64,000 nt of DNA from Burkholderiales bacterium (lineage in GTDB: Bacteria > Pseudomonadota > Gammaproteobacteria > Burkholderiales > JAEUOS01): the NCBI GenBank assembly GCA_947473125.1, contig CANJDH010000013.1, positions 1,146 to 65,145 on the forward strand. The letters are read 5' to 3'. Both the position numbers and the translations under genes were made by a program. The notes under the pieces were generated by a model. That model was not told the origin of the DNA and made no database searches. It saw only the letters and a program-made list of their open reading frames with translations. Shown here piece after piece: positions 54,407 through 63,260 of this stretch (positions are counted from its first letter, which is position 1; each line of letters begins with the position of its first letter).

Positions 54407-55015
54407 TCAAGCCTTGCGGTCGCCGTGGGCCAGGTCGAGCAGCTTGATGGCGCTTTGCTCCATCTCGACGACATAGTCTTCCACGCGAGCCCGAAAATAA
54501 CGATAGAAAATCAGGGCCGGCACCGCGATCATGATGCCGAAGCCGGTGTTGTACAGCGCCACCGAGATGCCGTGGGCCAGCGCCTGCGGATTGGTGCCCG
54601 CGGGCGATTGGCTGCCGAAGATCTCGATCATCCCGACCACGGTGCCGAACAGGCCCATCAGAGGCGATGCGGTGGCGATGGTGCCCAAGCCGTTGAGGAA
54701 GCGTTCCAGTTCGTGGGTGACGATGCGCCCGGCCTCTTCGATGGCTTCCTTCATTACGTAGCGCGAGCTCTGGTCGTTGCGCAACCCGGCGGCCAGCACA
54801 CGGCCCAGCGGGGAATTGGTCTCGACTTTTTCGATCACTTCGTTGGTGATCTGCTTGGCCTTGTAAAGGCTCAGCACTTCCGGTAACAGTTTGGCCGGCA
54901 ACACCTTGGATTTACGCAACGCCACGAGTCGTTCGATAATCAGCGCAACTGAGATAATCGATGCGAGCAGCAGCGGGTAAATCGGCCAGCCAGCCTCATT
55001 GATAATTTTCCACAC
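54407..55015 (-). CDS. exbB: MotA/TolQ/ExbB proton-channel family protein
   Basis: WPIYPLLLASIISVALIIERL and ASPLMGLFGTVVGMI motifs. Confidence 0.9.
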   Translation of the reverse strand: MWKIINEAGWPIYPLLLASIISVALIIERLVALRKSKVLPAKLLPEVLSLYKAKQITNEVIEKVETNSPLGRVLAAGLRNDQSSRYVMKEAIEEAGRIVTHELERFLNGLGTIATASPLMGLFGTVVGMIEIFGSQSPAGTNPQALAHGISVALYNTGFGIMIAVPALIFYRYFRARVEDYVVEMEQSAIKLLDLAHGDRKA

Positions 55016-55085
55016 GGATCAAATCCCCTCGGACAGTGACTTCTGGTGACTTCGGAACAGTGCTAAGTGTAGCCGAAAGATCGCA

Positions 55086-55134
55086 ATGTTATCCACAAGG
55101 CCGGTGGATAACATTGTGGAAATCGTGTGGGTAA
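55086..55134. promoter_or_regulatory. cluster of four DnaA-box-like 9-mers including an 11-bp perfect inverted repeat
   Basis: TTATCCACA (55089-55097, perfect consensus). Reverse-strand TTATCCACC (55103-55111), TTTCCACAA (55114-55122), TTACCCACA (55126-55134). The palindrome atgttatccac-N7-gtggataacat spans 55086-55114. Confidence 0.4.
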
Positions 55135-55143
55135 CAGACGCAA

Positions 55144-56595
55144 GTGCATTGCGCAGCAAGGAGTTTCATTGGCTTGCATCCATTTTGTTCAACCCATAGT
55201 TTCGACCATGAGAAAGCCCTTGACTTGCTGAGCCGCCCCGAATTTGAAAACGCCAGCGATACCGCAGAGACCGCGTGTTCCGTGTCCGAGCTGAATCGTC
55301 GCGCGCGCCTGTTGCTGGAGGGCGGTATCGGCTTGGTACGCGTGCGCGGCGAGATCTCCGGCTTTACCCGGGCCACGTCGGGGCATGTGTATTTTTCGCT
55401 CAAGGACGCCAATGCGCAGGTACGTTGCGCGCTCTGGCGCGGCAAGGCGTCTGCTCTAGCGTTCGAGCCGAAAAACGGTGATGCGGTCGATGTGCGCGCC
55501 TCGGTCACGCTGTTTGAAGCGCGCGGCGAGTATCAGCTCAGCATCGAGACGATGCGCCGCGCCGGCGCCGGCGCGCTGTTTGAGCAGTTGCTGCGCCTCA
55601 AGGAAAAACTGGCGGCGGAAGGCCTGTTCGACGCCGGGCGCAAACGCGCCTTGCCGTCGATGCCGATAGGCATCGGTATTGTTACCTCGTTGCAGGCGGC
55701 GGCATTGCACGACGTACTGACGACCCTGGCGCGCCGCGCGCCGATGATCCCGGTTGTCCTGTACCCGGCGCCGGTGCAGGGCGAGGGTTCGGCAGGGACA
55801 ATTGCGAGGGCGATCGCAACCGCCAGCGCGCGGGCCACGCAGGACCGGGTGGACGTGCTCATTGTGTGCCGCGGCGGCGGCTCGATCGAAGATCTGTGGT
55901 CGTTCAACGAAGAATCGGTGGCGCGGGCGATTGCGGATTGCGCGATTCCGGTCGTATCCGGGGTCGGCCACGAAACCGATTTCACGATTGCCGATTGGGT
56001 CGCGGACATGCGCGCGCCGACGCCTACGGCGGCAGCCGAACTCGTAAGCCCGGACTTGGCTGATATGTACGCGCGCCTGGCGGGTGTGGCTGCGGTGTTG
56101 CGCGGGGCGATTGCATACCGGCTTGGGGCCTTGCAGCAGCGCATCGACTGGGTGGCTCGTGGGCTCAATGCGCCGGATGCCTATCTCGCCCGACAACGGC
56201 AGAGACTCTTGCGCGCGCGCGAGCACCTTGAGTCGGCGGTGCGCGGATCCCTCTCGGCCAAACGCATGCGCGCGGCGCACGGGCAGGCACGCCTGCGTGC
56301 GCCAGCCCTGGCCGGCCGGCAAATCCAACTTGTGCACGCCAAGAACCGGTTGTCGGGCGCCGCCGCTGGTGTCCTGTCGAGTCAGCGGGCGCTCGTGGAG
56401 CGCAGCGCAGCGGCCTTGCAGATACTCAATCCGCAACGCGTCTTGGAGCGCGGGTTCGCGGTGGTCCAAAACGCGCGAGGTGAGGTGGTGTGCAACAGCA
56501 GCCTGCTGTCGGTCGGCGATGTTCTGGATATCAGGTTTGCACAAGGCCGTACGCAGGCCGTGGTTGGGAGAAACCATGATGAAGACATGCCTTGA
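55144..56595 (+). CDS. xseA: exodeoxyribonuclease VII large subunit
   Basis: SVSELNRRARLLLEGGIGLVRVRGEISGFTRATSGHVYFSLKD OB-fold N-terminus and GIVTS...RGGGSIEDLW. The true start is probably downstream of 55144 (for example TTG 55225). Confidence 0.9.
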   Translation: MHCAARSFIGLHPFCSTHSFDHEKALDLLSRPEFENASDTAETACSVSELNRRARLLLEGGIGLVRVRGEISGFTRATSGHVYFSLKDANAQVRCALWRGKASALAFEPKNGDAVDVRASVTLFEARGEYQLSIETMRRAGAGALFEQLLRLKEKLAAEGLFDAGRKRALPSMPIGIGIVTSLQAAALHDVLTTLARRAPMIPVVLYPAPVQGEGSAGTIARAIATASARATQDRVDVLIVCRGGGSIEDLWSFNEESVARAIADCAIPVVSGVGHETDFTIADWVADMRAPTPTAAAELVSPDLADMYARLAGVAAVLRGAIAYRLGALQQRIDWVARGLNAPDAYLARQRQRLLRAREHLESAVRGSLSAKRMRAAHGQARLRAPALAGRQIQLVHAKNRLSGAAAGVLSSQRALVERSAAALQILNPQRVLERGFAVVQNARGEVVCNSSLLSVGDVLDIRFAQGRTQAVVGRNHDEDMP

Positions 56596-56665
56596 TGCTG
56601 TGCTACCATCAGAGTAGGAGCTGGTTGTTAATCAGGTCGTCACGTTCATTCGATGAGGGGGTTTT

Positions 56666-57244
56666 ATGGGAGCAATATTTCAATCGCTGGGAAGAACCGT
56701 CACTGCGGGAGTAGTGTTACTTGTGATACTGATCGCAGCTGCGGGCAGCGGAAAATTTGACCATGCATGGGGATTGCTGGTGATGCGCTGGCTGCATGTG
56801 GGTTCCGGCGTGATGTGGATCGGTTTGCTTTGGTATTTCAACTTTGTCCAGATTCCGTCGATGCCCAAGATTCCCGATGAGCAGAAGCCGGCCATCGGCA
56901 AAGTGATCGCGCCGACTGCCCTGTTTTGGTTCCGCTGGGCCGCACTTGCCACGGTGATCACCGGGATTGTGCTGGCGTCAATGCACGGGTACATCGGCAC
57001 AGCATTGCTCCTGGCCACACCGTTTACCGCAATCGGCATCGGCATGTGGCTCGCGTTGGTGATGGCATTCAACGTATGGTTCATCATTTGGCCAAACCAG
57101 AAAAAAGCGCTCGGCATTGTCCAGGTGGAAGCCGTCGAGAAAGCAGCCGCTGCCAGGATGGCGATGCTTACCTCGCGTTTCAACACGATGCTGTCAATCC
57201 CGATGCTCTATTGCATGGTGGCACAGCAAAACGGCGGTTTGTAA
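56666..57244 (+). CDS. integral membrane protein (possibly related to the membrane domain of PuuD-type urate hydroxylases)
   Basis: Four to five TM spans with a WLHVGSGVMWIGLLWYFNFVQ motif. The family assignment is from memory only. Confidence 0.5.
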   Translation: MGAIFQSLGRTVTAGVVLLVILIAAAGSGKFDHAWGLLVMRWLHVGSGVMWIGLLWYFNFVQIPSMPKIPDEQKPAIGKVIAPTALFWFRWAALATVITGIVLASMHGYIGTALLLATPFTAIGIGMWLALVMAFNVWFIIWPNQKKALGIVQVEAVEKAAAARMAMLTSRFNTMLSIPMLYCMVAQQNGGL

Positions 57245-57270
57245 GCTCCTGCCGATTGGCGAGGGATGAC

Positions 57271-57297
57271 AGGGGGCTCACGAGCCCCCTTTTTATT
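57271..57297 (+). terminator. rho-independent terminator
   Basis: gggggc-tcacga-gccccc followed by tttttatt. Confidence 0.75.
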
Positions 57298-57317
57298 GGC
57301 TTTGGGATGCGTCTTCA

Positions 57318-58661
57318 ATGCTCAGTGCCGAACAGAACGAATTGATCACGCGCAGTGGCGCGGAGACACCTGCCGGCCGCTTGCTGCGGATGTATTGGCA
57401 GCCGGTAGCGCTGGTTGATGAACTGGAGGCGCCGCGGCCGGTGCGCCCGGTGCGTGTCCTTGGGCAAGATCTTGTGCTGTTCAAGGATGCGATGGGCAAG
57501 GTTGCGTTGATGGACCGGGATTGCCCACACCGCGGCGCGGACCTGTCGTATGGCCGTCTCGAGCCGGAGGGGTTGCGTTGTCCGTTTCACGGATGGCTGT
57601 TCGATGCCGATGGGCGTTGCGTCGAGACCCCGGGAGAACCGCCCCATGTGCGGCTGTGCGACAAGGTGCGGCAGAAGACCTACCCGGTTGTGGCGCGCTC
57701 CGGCATCTACTTTGCCTACCTCGGTGAAGGGCCGCCTCCTGCCTTTGCCGAACTCGATTGCTTTGTGGCTCCGGATACCCATACGTTTGCGTTCAAGGGC
57801 CTGCTCGATTGCAACTGGGTACAGGCGCTTGAGGTTGGCATCGACCCGGCGCACGCGTCGTTCCTGCATCGCTTTTTCGAGGACGAAGACCCGAACGCCG
57901 CGCCCGAGCTGGCCTACGGAAAACAATTCAGGGCGGCGTCTGCCGGTTCGAAATGGCCGATGACCAAGGTGATGCGCGAATATCCCGCGCCGCAGATCGA
58001 TTTTGAGGACGCCGCCTGGGGCCTGCGCGTCTACGCCCTGCGCAAGATCGACCAAGACACGACCCACGTGCGCGTCACCAATCTGCTGTTTCCCCAGGCA
58101 TTTGTGATCCCGCTCAGCGCCGAAATGACGATCACCCAATGGCATGTGCCGGTGGACGACACCTCCTGCTATTGGTACGCCATTTTCACCAGCTTCGCCG
58201 GCCCGGTGGACAAGACGCAGATGCGCGCCCAGAGGCTCGAGCTGTACACGCTGCCTGATTACATTCCGCGCGTGGGTCGCCATAATCGTTACGGGTACGA
58301 TGCGCGCGAGCAGGCGCAGCAGACCTACACCGGGATGGGCTTCGACATCAATGTGCATGACCAGTGGGCGGTGGAATCGCAAGGCCGGATCCAGGACCGC
58401 ACACGCGAACATCTGGGCACGACCGACAAGGTGATCGTTGCGTATCGCAAGCTGTTGATGCGTGCCATCAAGGAGGCGCAGGCGGGTAAGACGCCACGTA
58501 TGGTGCTGTCCGTAGCAGAGGCCGCCGCCATCAGAGGGCCGGTCACCGTGGATGGCATTCACGAAGGGGCGGACTGGCAGGCGTACTGGCGCAATTTCGA
58601 CCGCCAGCGGCGCGCACTCGCGCCCTGGCCCGCTCCTGCGGCATTGGATGGACCGGAATGA
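57318..58661 (+). CDS. Rieske [2Fe-2S] non-haem-iron oxygenase, alpha-only (phthalate/KshA-like class)
   Basis: Rieske motif CPHRGADLSYG...CPFHGW. Mononuclear iron motif NWVQALEVGIDPAHASFLH (D-x2-H-x4-H). Confidence 0.9.
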   Translation: MLSAEQNELITRSGAETPAGRLLRMYWQPVALVDELEAPRPVRPVRVLGQDLVLFKDAMGKVALMDRDCPHRGADLSYGRLEPEGLRCPFHGWLFDADGRCVETPGEPPHVRLCDKVRQKTYPVVARSGIYFAYLGEGPPPAFAELDCFVAPDTHTFAFKGLLDCNWVQALEVGIDPAHASFLHRFFEDEDPNAAPELAYGKQFRAASAGSKWPMTKVMREYPAPQIDFEDAAWGLRVYALRKIDQDTTHVRVTNLLFPQAFVIPLSAEMTITQWHVPVDDTSCYWYAIFTSFAGPVDKTQMRAQRLELYTLPDYIPRVGRHNRYGYDAREQAQQTYTGMGFDINVHDQWAVESQGRIQDRTREHLGTTDKVIVAYRKLLMRAIKEAQAGKTPRMVLSVAEAAAIRGPVTVDGIHEGADWQAYWRNFDRQRRALAPWPAPAALDGPE

Positions 58662-60133
58662 CGGCAGCGTTCGAGCCGTTTGTGACGCGCCACGGTTTGT
58701 GGTCGGCTGACGAGCAGCGCCTCGCCGTTGACTTGGTCGCGCGCGTCAAGGCCGACGGTTTGACCACCGTGCGTCTCATGTGGGCCGACCAGCACGGGGT
58801 GTTGCGCGGCAAAACCTATCTTGCCCGCGAATTCGAGAACGCGCTGCGCAACGGCATTGGCATGAGTAGCACCATGCTTCTCAAGGATACATCGCACAAG
58901 ACCATCGTTCCGGTATTCGGCAGCGCCGCGCCCCTGGGGTTGGTCGAATTGGCGGGGGCCGCCGATGTGATGCTGGTTGCCGACCCGACTACCTTCAAGG
59001 TGTTGCCTTGGGCACCCCACAGCGGCTGGATCCAGTGCATTCCCTACTTCAAATCGGGGCGTGCGGTCGATTTTGATTCGCGGCATGTGTTGATGAACAG
59101 TCTTGCCGCACTGCGCAAGAAAGGCCTGGACTTCGTGTCCGGCCTGGAGGTGGAGTTTCATGTGTTCCGGCGCGAGCCCGAATCACTAATGGAAGCTGAC
59201 CTGAGCCAACCAGGTCTGCCCGGTACCCCGCCCACGGTAACCCCGCTCAATCGCGGTTTTCAGTACCTCACCGAGCTGCGTTATGACGAGCTCGATCCCC
59301 TGATGGAGGTCCTGCGCGACCACCTCGAGCGCCTCGGCTTGCCGTTGCGCAGCATGGAGGTAGAGTTTGGGCCGAGCCAGGTGGAAATGACCCTGGCGCC
59401 GCTCTCGGGGCACCTGACTGCGGATGCGATGATCCTGTTCCGCAGTTGCATCAAACAGGTGTGCGCACGCCATGGCTACCACGCCACCTTCATGTGCCGC
59501 CCGGCGATCAAAAATCTGTTTTCGAGCGGCTGGCATTTGCACCAATCGCTGGTCGACGCGCGCTCAGGGGCCAACGTCATGGTGTCGGCCAATCCGCGCA
59601 AATCCTTGTCTGCCAAGGGTTTCCACTGGCTGGCCGGGTTATTGGCGCACGCGGCCGGGGCAACCGCCCTGACCACTCCTACCGTCAACGGCTACAAGCG
59701 TTTCCGGCCCCTGTCGCTGGCGCCGGATCGCATCAACTGGGGCCAGGACAATCGTGGCGTCATGTTGCGCGTGCTCGGCGAATCGGGGGATCCGGCGACA
59801 CGCATTGAAAATCGCGTCGGCGAACCAGCTGCCAACCCCTATCTGTATCTGGCATCGCAAATCACCTCGGGCCTGGATGGCCTGGAGCGTAATCTCGAAC
59901 CGGGGGCATCGGCGGATACGGCTTACGAGGGAGGGGCACCCCTGTTGCCGCGCAGCCTGCGCGAGGGACTGGACGCCTTGCGTGCCGATCCAGTCCTGGG
60001 CGACGCGCTGGGTCAATCATTCATCGCGTATTTCTCGGCAATCAAGGAATCCGAAATTACGCGGGCCGGCGGCGTGGCATCCGGTGTCGACGTGAGCGAA
60101 TGGGAGCAACGCGAGTATTTCGAAATTTTCTGA
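58658..60133 (+). CDS. glutamine synthetase family protein (gamma-glutamyl-amine ligase-like)
   Basis: ATGA overlap with the Rieske gene. GS beta-grasp N-domain (VRLMWADQHGVLRGK) and catalytic domain (EVEFHVF, EFGPSQVE, NGYKRF, NRVGEPAANPYL). Confidence 0.85.
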   Translation: MTAAFEPFVTRHGLWSADEQRLAVDLVARVKADGLTTVRLMWADQHGVLRGKTYLAREFENALRNGIGMSSTMLLKDTSHKTIVPVFGSAAPLGLVELAGAADVMLVADPTTFKVLPWAPHSGWIQCIPYFKSGRAVDFDSRHVLMNSLAALRKKGLDFVSGLEVEFHVFRREPESLMEADLSQPGLPGTPPTVTPLNRGFQYLTELRYDELDPLMEVLRDHLERLGLPLRSMEVEFGPSQVEMTLAPLSGHLTADAMILFRSCIKQVCARHGYHATFMCRPAIKNLFSSGWHLHQSLVDARSGANVMVSANPRKSLSAKGFHWLAGLLAHAAGATALTTPTVNGYKRFRPLSLAPDRINWGQDNRGVMLRVLGESGDPATRIENRVGEPAANPYLYLASQITSGLDGLERNLEPGASADTAYEGGAPLLPRSLREGLDALRADPVLGDALGQSFIAYFSAIKESEITRAGGVASGVDVSEWEQREYFEIF

Positions 60134-60241
60134 GGCTGTCGGGATATCGGTTTCACACACAAACAGTCCCGCTTGTCGTATGCTTGGCACCGCAAAAAAA
60201 GGGAATCACCCAGGACGCAAGTCACAAACAGGAGACAAGGC

Positions 60242-61267
60242 ATGAAACTCAAATCATTGGTGGCAGGCTTCGGGCTGGCCCTGGCCGGCTTTGGCGCGCA
60301 GGCGCAGCAGACAGTCACGCTCAAATTTCATACCTTCATGGCGCCCCAGTCGCAGGTTTGGCGCACCATGCATGTGGCATGGATGGACAAGGTGGAAAAG
60401 GAGTCGGGCGGCCGAATCAAGTTCGAGAAATTTCCCGCCATGCAGCTGGGCGGTACACCGGCAAATCTTTACGACCAGGCGAAAGATGGCGTGGTCGACG
60501 TGGTCTGGACCCTGCCGGGAAATACGCCGGGCCGGTTTCCGCGCGTCGAGGTGTTCGAGTTGCCGTTCGTGATGACCAATGCCGAAGCGGCGTCGAAGGC
60601 CTATTGGGAATACATCAATACCGTGGCGAAAGACGAGTTCAAGGATGTCCATGTGGTAGCGGTGAACGTGCACGGCCCGGGATTTTTCCATTCACGAGAC
60701 AAACAGATCAAATCGGTGGCCGATCTCAAAGGCATGAAGGTGCGCGGCCCGACTCGGCAGATCACCAAGCTGCTCGGTACCCTCGGCGCGACGCCGGTGG
60801 GCATGCCGCTGCCGCAGATTCCCGATTCCATTTCCAAGGGTGTGATTGACGCGGCGGTCGTGCCGTGGGAAGTGGTACCGGCCATCAAGCTTGAAGAGCT
60901 CGCGAAATACCACTCTGAGTTTCCGACCGGCGTCTCGCTCTACACCACCACGTTCGTGATGGCGATGAACAAGGCGAAATACGATTCGTTGCCGCCTGAC
61001 CTGAAAAAGGTGATCGACAACAATTCGGGCGTGGAAACCTCAGGCTGGCTCGGCAAGACCCAGCAGTCCAATGATCCGGCGGGCAAGAAAATGTCCGAGG
61101 ACCGCAAGAATGTGCATTACACGTTTACCGCACAGGAGACGGAGGCCTTTCGCAAGGCTGCCGACCTGGTTGACGATGAGTGGGTCAAGGAAATGAACGG
61201 CAAGAATTTCAACGGCAAGCTGTTGCTCGATACCGCGAAGTCGCTCATGACCAAATATTCGAAGTAG
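60242..61267 (+). CDS. TRAP transporter substrate-binding protein (DctP family); no DctQ/DctM genes adjacent
   Basis: Track ORF trimmed to MKLKSLVAGFGLALAGFGAQAQ signal peptide. Typical DctP-family pattern (LKFHTFMAP..., FELPF, VRGPTR). Confidence 0.85.
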   Translation: MKLKSLVAGFGLALAGFGAQAQQTVTLKFHTFMAPQSQVWRTMHVAWMDKVEKESGGRIKFEKFPAMQLGGTPANLYDQAKDGVVDVVWTLPGNTPGRFPRVEVFELPFVMTNAEAASKAYWEYINTVAKDEFKDVHVVAVNVHGPGFFHSRDKQIKSVADLKGMKVRGPTRQITKLLGTLGATPVGMPLPQIPDSISKGVIDAAVVPWEVVPAIKLEELAKYHSEFPTGVSLYTTTFVMAMNKAKYDSLPPDLKKVIDNNSGVETSGWLGKTQQSNDPAGKKMSEDRKNVHYTFTAQETEAFRKAADLVDDEWVKEMNGKNFNGKLLLDTAKSLMTKYSK

Positions 61268-61286
61268 ACGTCGTTTTGCATCGACA

Positions 61287-61316
61287 GGGCGCCCCGCGGG
61301 GCGCTTTGTTTTTTGT
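61287..61316 (+). terminator. rho-independent terminator
   Basis: gggcgcccc-gcg-gggcgc hairpin followed by tttgttttttg. Confidence 0.7.
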
Positions 61317-61341
61317 GGCGTCGTAGAATGTACATTCAGAC

Positions 61342-63090
61342 ATGATTCCCCAGTCGTTCATCCAGGACCTGCTCAACCGCGTCGACATTGTCGATGTGGT
61401 CGGCAAGCACGTGCAGCTCAAGAAGGGCGGCGCCAACCTGATGGGCTTATGCCCGTTCCACAACGAAAAATCCCCTTCGTTTACGGTCAGCCCAGCCAAG
61501 CAGTTCTACCACTGTTTCGGTTGCGGCGCACACGGCTCGGCAATCGGGTTTTTGATGGAGCACGCCGGGCTCAGCTACGTCGAGGCGATCAAGGACCTGG
61601 CGCAGTCCGTGGGGCTGCCGGTCCCCGAGGAGCGCGGCAGTACACCCCATCGCGATGGCCCGGACAGCGCCACCCTGATCTCCATGATGGAGCGTGCCGG
61701 GCGCTATTACCGCGATACGCTCAAAACCTCCCCGGAGGCCATCAGCTACCTCAAAGGGCGCGGGCTGTCAGGCGAAGTAGCGCGGCAGTTCGGGCTGGGC
61801 TACGTCGCCGACGAGTGGAATGCGTTGCAGCCGACGTTCGGCGAAGAGTATGCGGGCAAGACCATGCTCGATACCGGGTTGGTGATCGACAGCGAGAAGG
61901 GATCGCGCTACGACCGGTTTCGCGGCCGCGTGATGTTCCCGATACGCAGCACCCGCGGGGCGGTCATCGGTTTTGGCGGAAGGGTGATCGGCGTGGGCGA
62001 ACCCAAGTACCTCAACTCGCCGGAAACACCGCTATTTGAAAAAGGGCGCGAGCTCTACGGCCTGTTTGAGGCGCGCCAGGCGATCCGCACCGCCGGCAAG
62101 GTGTTGGTGGTGGAGGGCTACATGGACGTCGTGGCCCTGGCGCAAATGGGCGTGGGCTACGCGGTGGCGACGCTCGGCACCGCCTGCACACCGGCGCATG
62201 TGCAAAAACTGGTCAAACAGGCCGACCGCATCGTGTTCAGTTTTGACGGCGACAAGGCCGGCCGGCGTGCGGCGTGGCGGGCGCTCGAAAACAGCCTGGC
62301 CCTGACCAGCGACGACAAGATATTCTCATTCCTGTTTCTGCCCGAAGAGCATGACCCGGATACCTATATTCGCGAATTCGGGCGCGAGGAGTTTGAGGCG
62401 CTGGTCGATGGCGCCATGCCTTTGTCGCGATTTCTGGTGCGCGAGCTGGTGGCCGAGGGCGACCTGTCCTCGGCCGAAGGGCGGGCCGGGCTGGTTAGCG
62501 CGGCCAAGCCGCACCTGCAGCGCATCACGGCCCCCGGGCTGCGACTGGCCATCGTCAAGCAGATCGCCGAACTGGCAAGCATGACGCCTCTCGAGGTGGA
62601 GCGCCTGTGTGAGCTTAAATTGCAGTCATCCTACGTCCGTGCGGCGCCCACGCGCGTGGCGCGCGCGCCGGTGACGCCCCTTGACGAGCAGATGTTGCGG
62701 CTGCTGGTACGCGAGCCGCGCCTGGCAATGCTGGCGGAAACCGAGGAACAGCGCCACGTGCTGCAGCAAGGCTCGCCGGTGCTGGTGATGATTGATGCGA
62801 TTTGCTCGACGGACAATCCGGTCTCGCCGACCGGCCTGACGGAAATGTTCGTCGGCACCGACGTCGAGCCTTTCTTGCGCAAAGCCTTGGTCGAGGAACT
62901 GGAGGTCGAGAAGGAGCCGGAGATTGTCGAAGCCGAATTTCGCCACGCGCTAAAGACCCTACGCGATCAATGGCGCCGCGCCAGGACCGAGCACATCATC
63001 GCTGCGGAAATGCATGATCCTGCGTCGCGCGCGGAGCTTGCGGCTCTGATTGCCGAGGAGAGTGCCGGCAAATCGTCCTCTGCCGCATAG
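61342..63090 (+). CDS. dnaG: DNA primase
   Basis: Zinc ribbon CPFHNEKSPSFTVSPAKQFYHCFGCGAHG, Toprim EGYMDV...FDGDKAG. Confidence 0.95.
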   Translation: MIPQSFIQDLLNRVDIVDVVGKHVQLKKGGANLMGLCPFHNEKSPSFTVSPAKQFYHCFGCGAHGSAIGFLMEHAGLSYVEAIKDLAQSVGLPVPEERGSTPHRDGPDSATLISMMERAGRYYRDTLKTSPEAISYLKGRGLSGEVARQFGLGYVADEWNALQPTFGEEYAGKTMLDTGLVIDSEKGSRYDRFRGRVMFPIRSTRGAVIGFGGRVIGVGEPKYLNSPETPLFEKGRELYGLFEARQAIRTAGKVLVVEGYMDVVALAQMGVGYAVATLGTACTPAHVQKLVKQADRIVFSFDGDKAGRRAAWRALENSLALTSDDKIFSFLFLPEEHDPDTYIREFGREEFEALVDGAMPLSRFLVRELVAEGDLSSAEGRAGLVSAAKPHLQRITAPGLRLAIVKQIAELASMTPLEVERLCELKLQSSYVRAAPTRVARAPVTPLDEQMLRLLVREPRLAMLAETEEQRHVLQQGSPVLVMIDAICSTDNPVSPTGLTEMFVGTDVEPFLRKALVEELEVEKEPEIVEAEFRHALKTLRDQWRRARTEHIIAAEMHDPASRAELAALIAEESAGKSSSAA

Positions 63091-63260
63091 TCGCGCCCGG
63101 GTCACAACACAAGGGGTAAAAACCGGCGAATACTGCTATAATTCAAAGCTTTACTTCTTTTGGCGCGTGTGGCCGCATCGTGGCGATGCAGCTCCAGTGC
63201 CGATCATCGTGTCCGCCGTCGAGCACCACAGTGGGCGCGATCTTTTTTCGAGGCAATCGC

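Noticed and set aside
55016-55143. Fur box controlling exbB-exbD.
   Set aside because: Only one GATAAC hexamer fits. The remaining positions do not match the 19-bp GATAATGATAATCATTATC consensus. The DnaA-box reading fits far better.
63137-63142. Perfect TATAAT hexamer about 120 nt upstream of rpoD as its promoter -10.
   Set aside because: No acceptable -35 (gggtaa) sits at the proper spacing, and one hexamer alone is not evidence. It was left unannotated.
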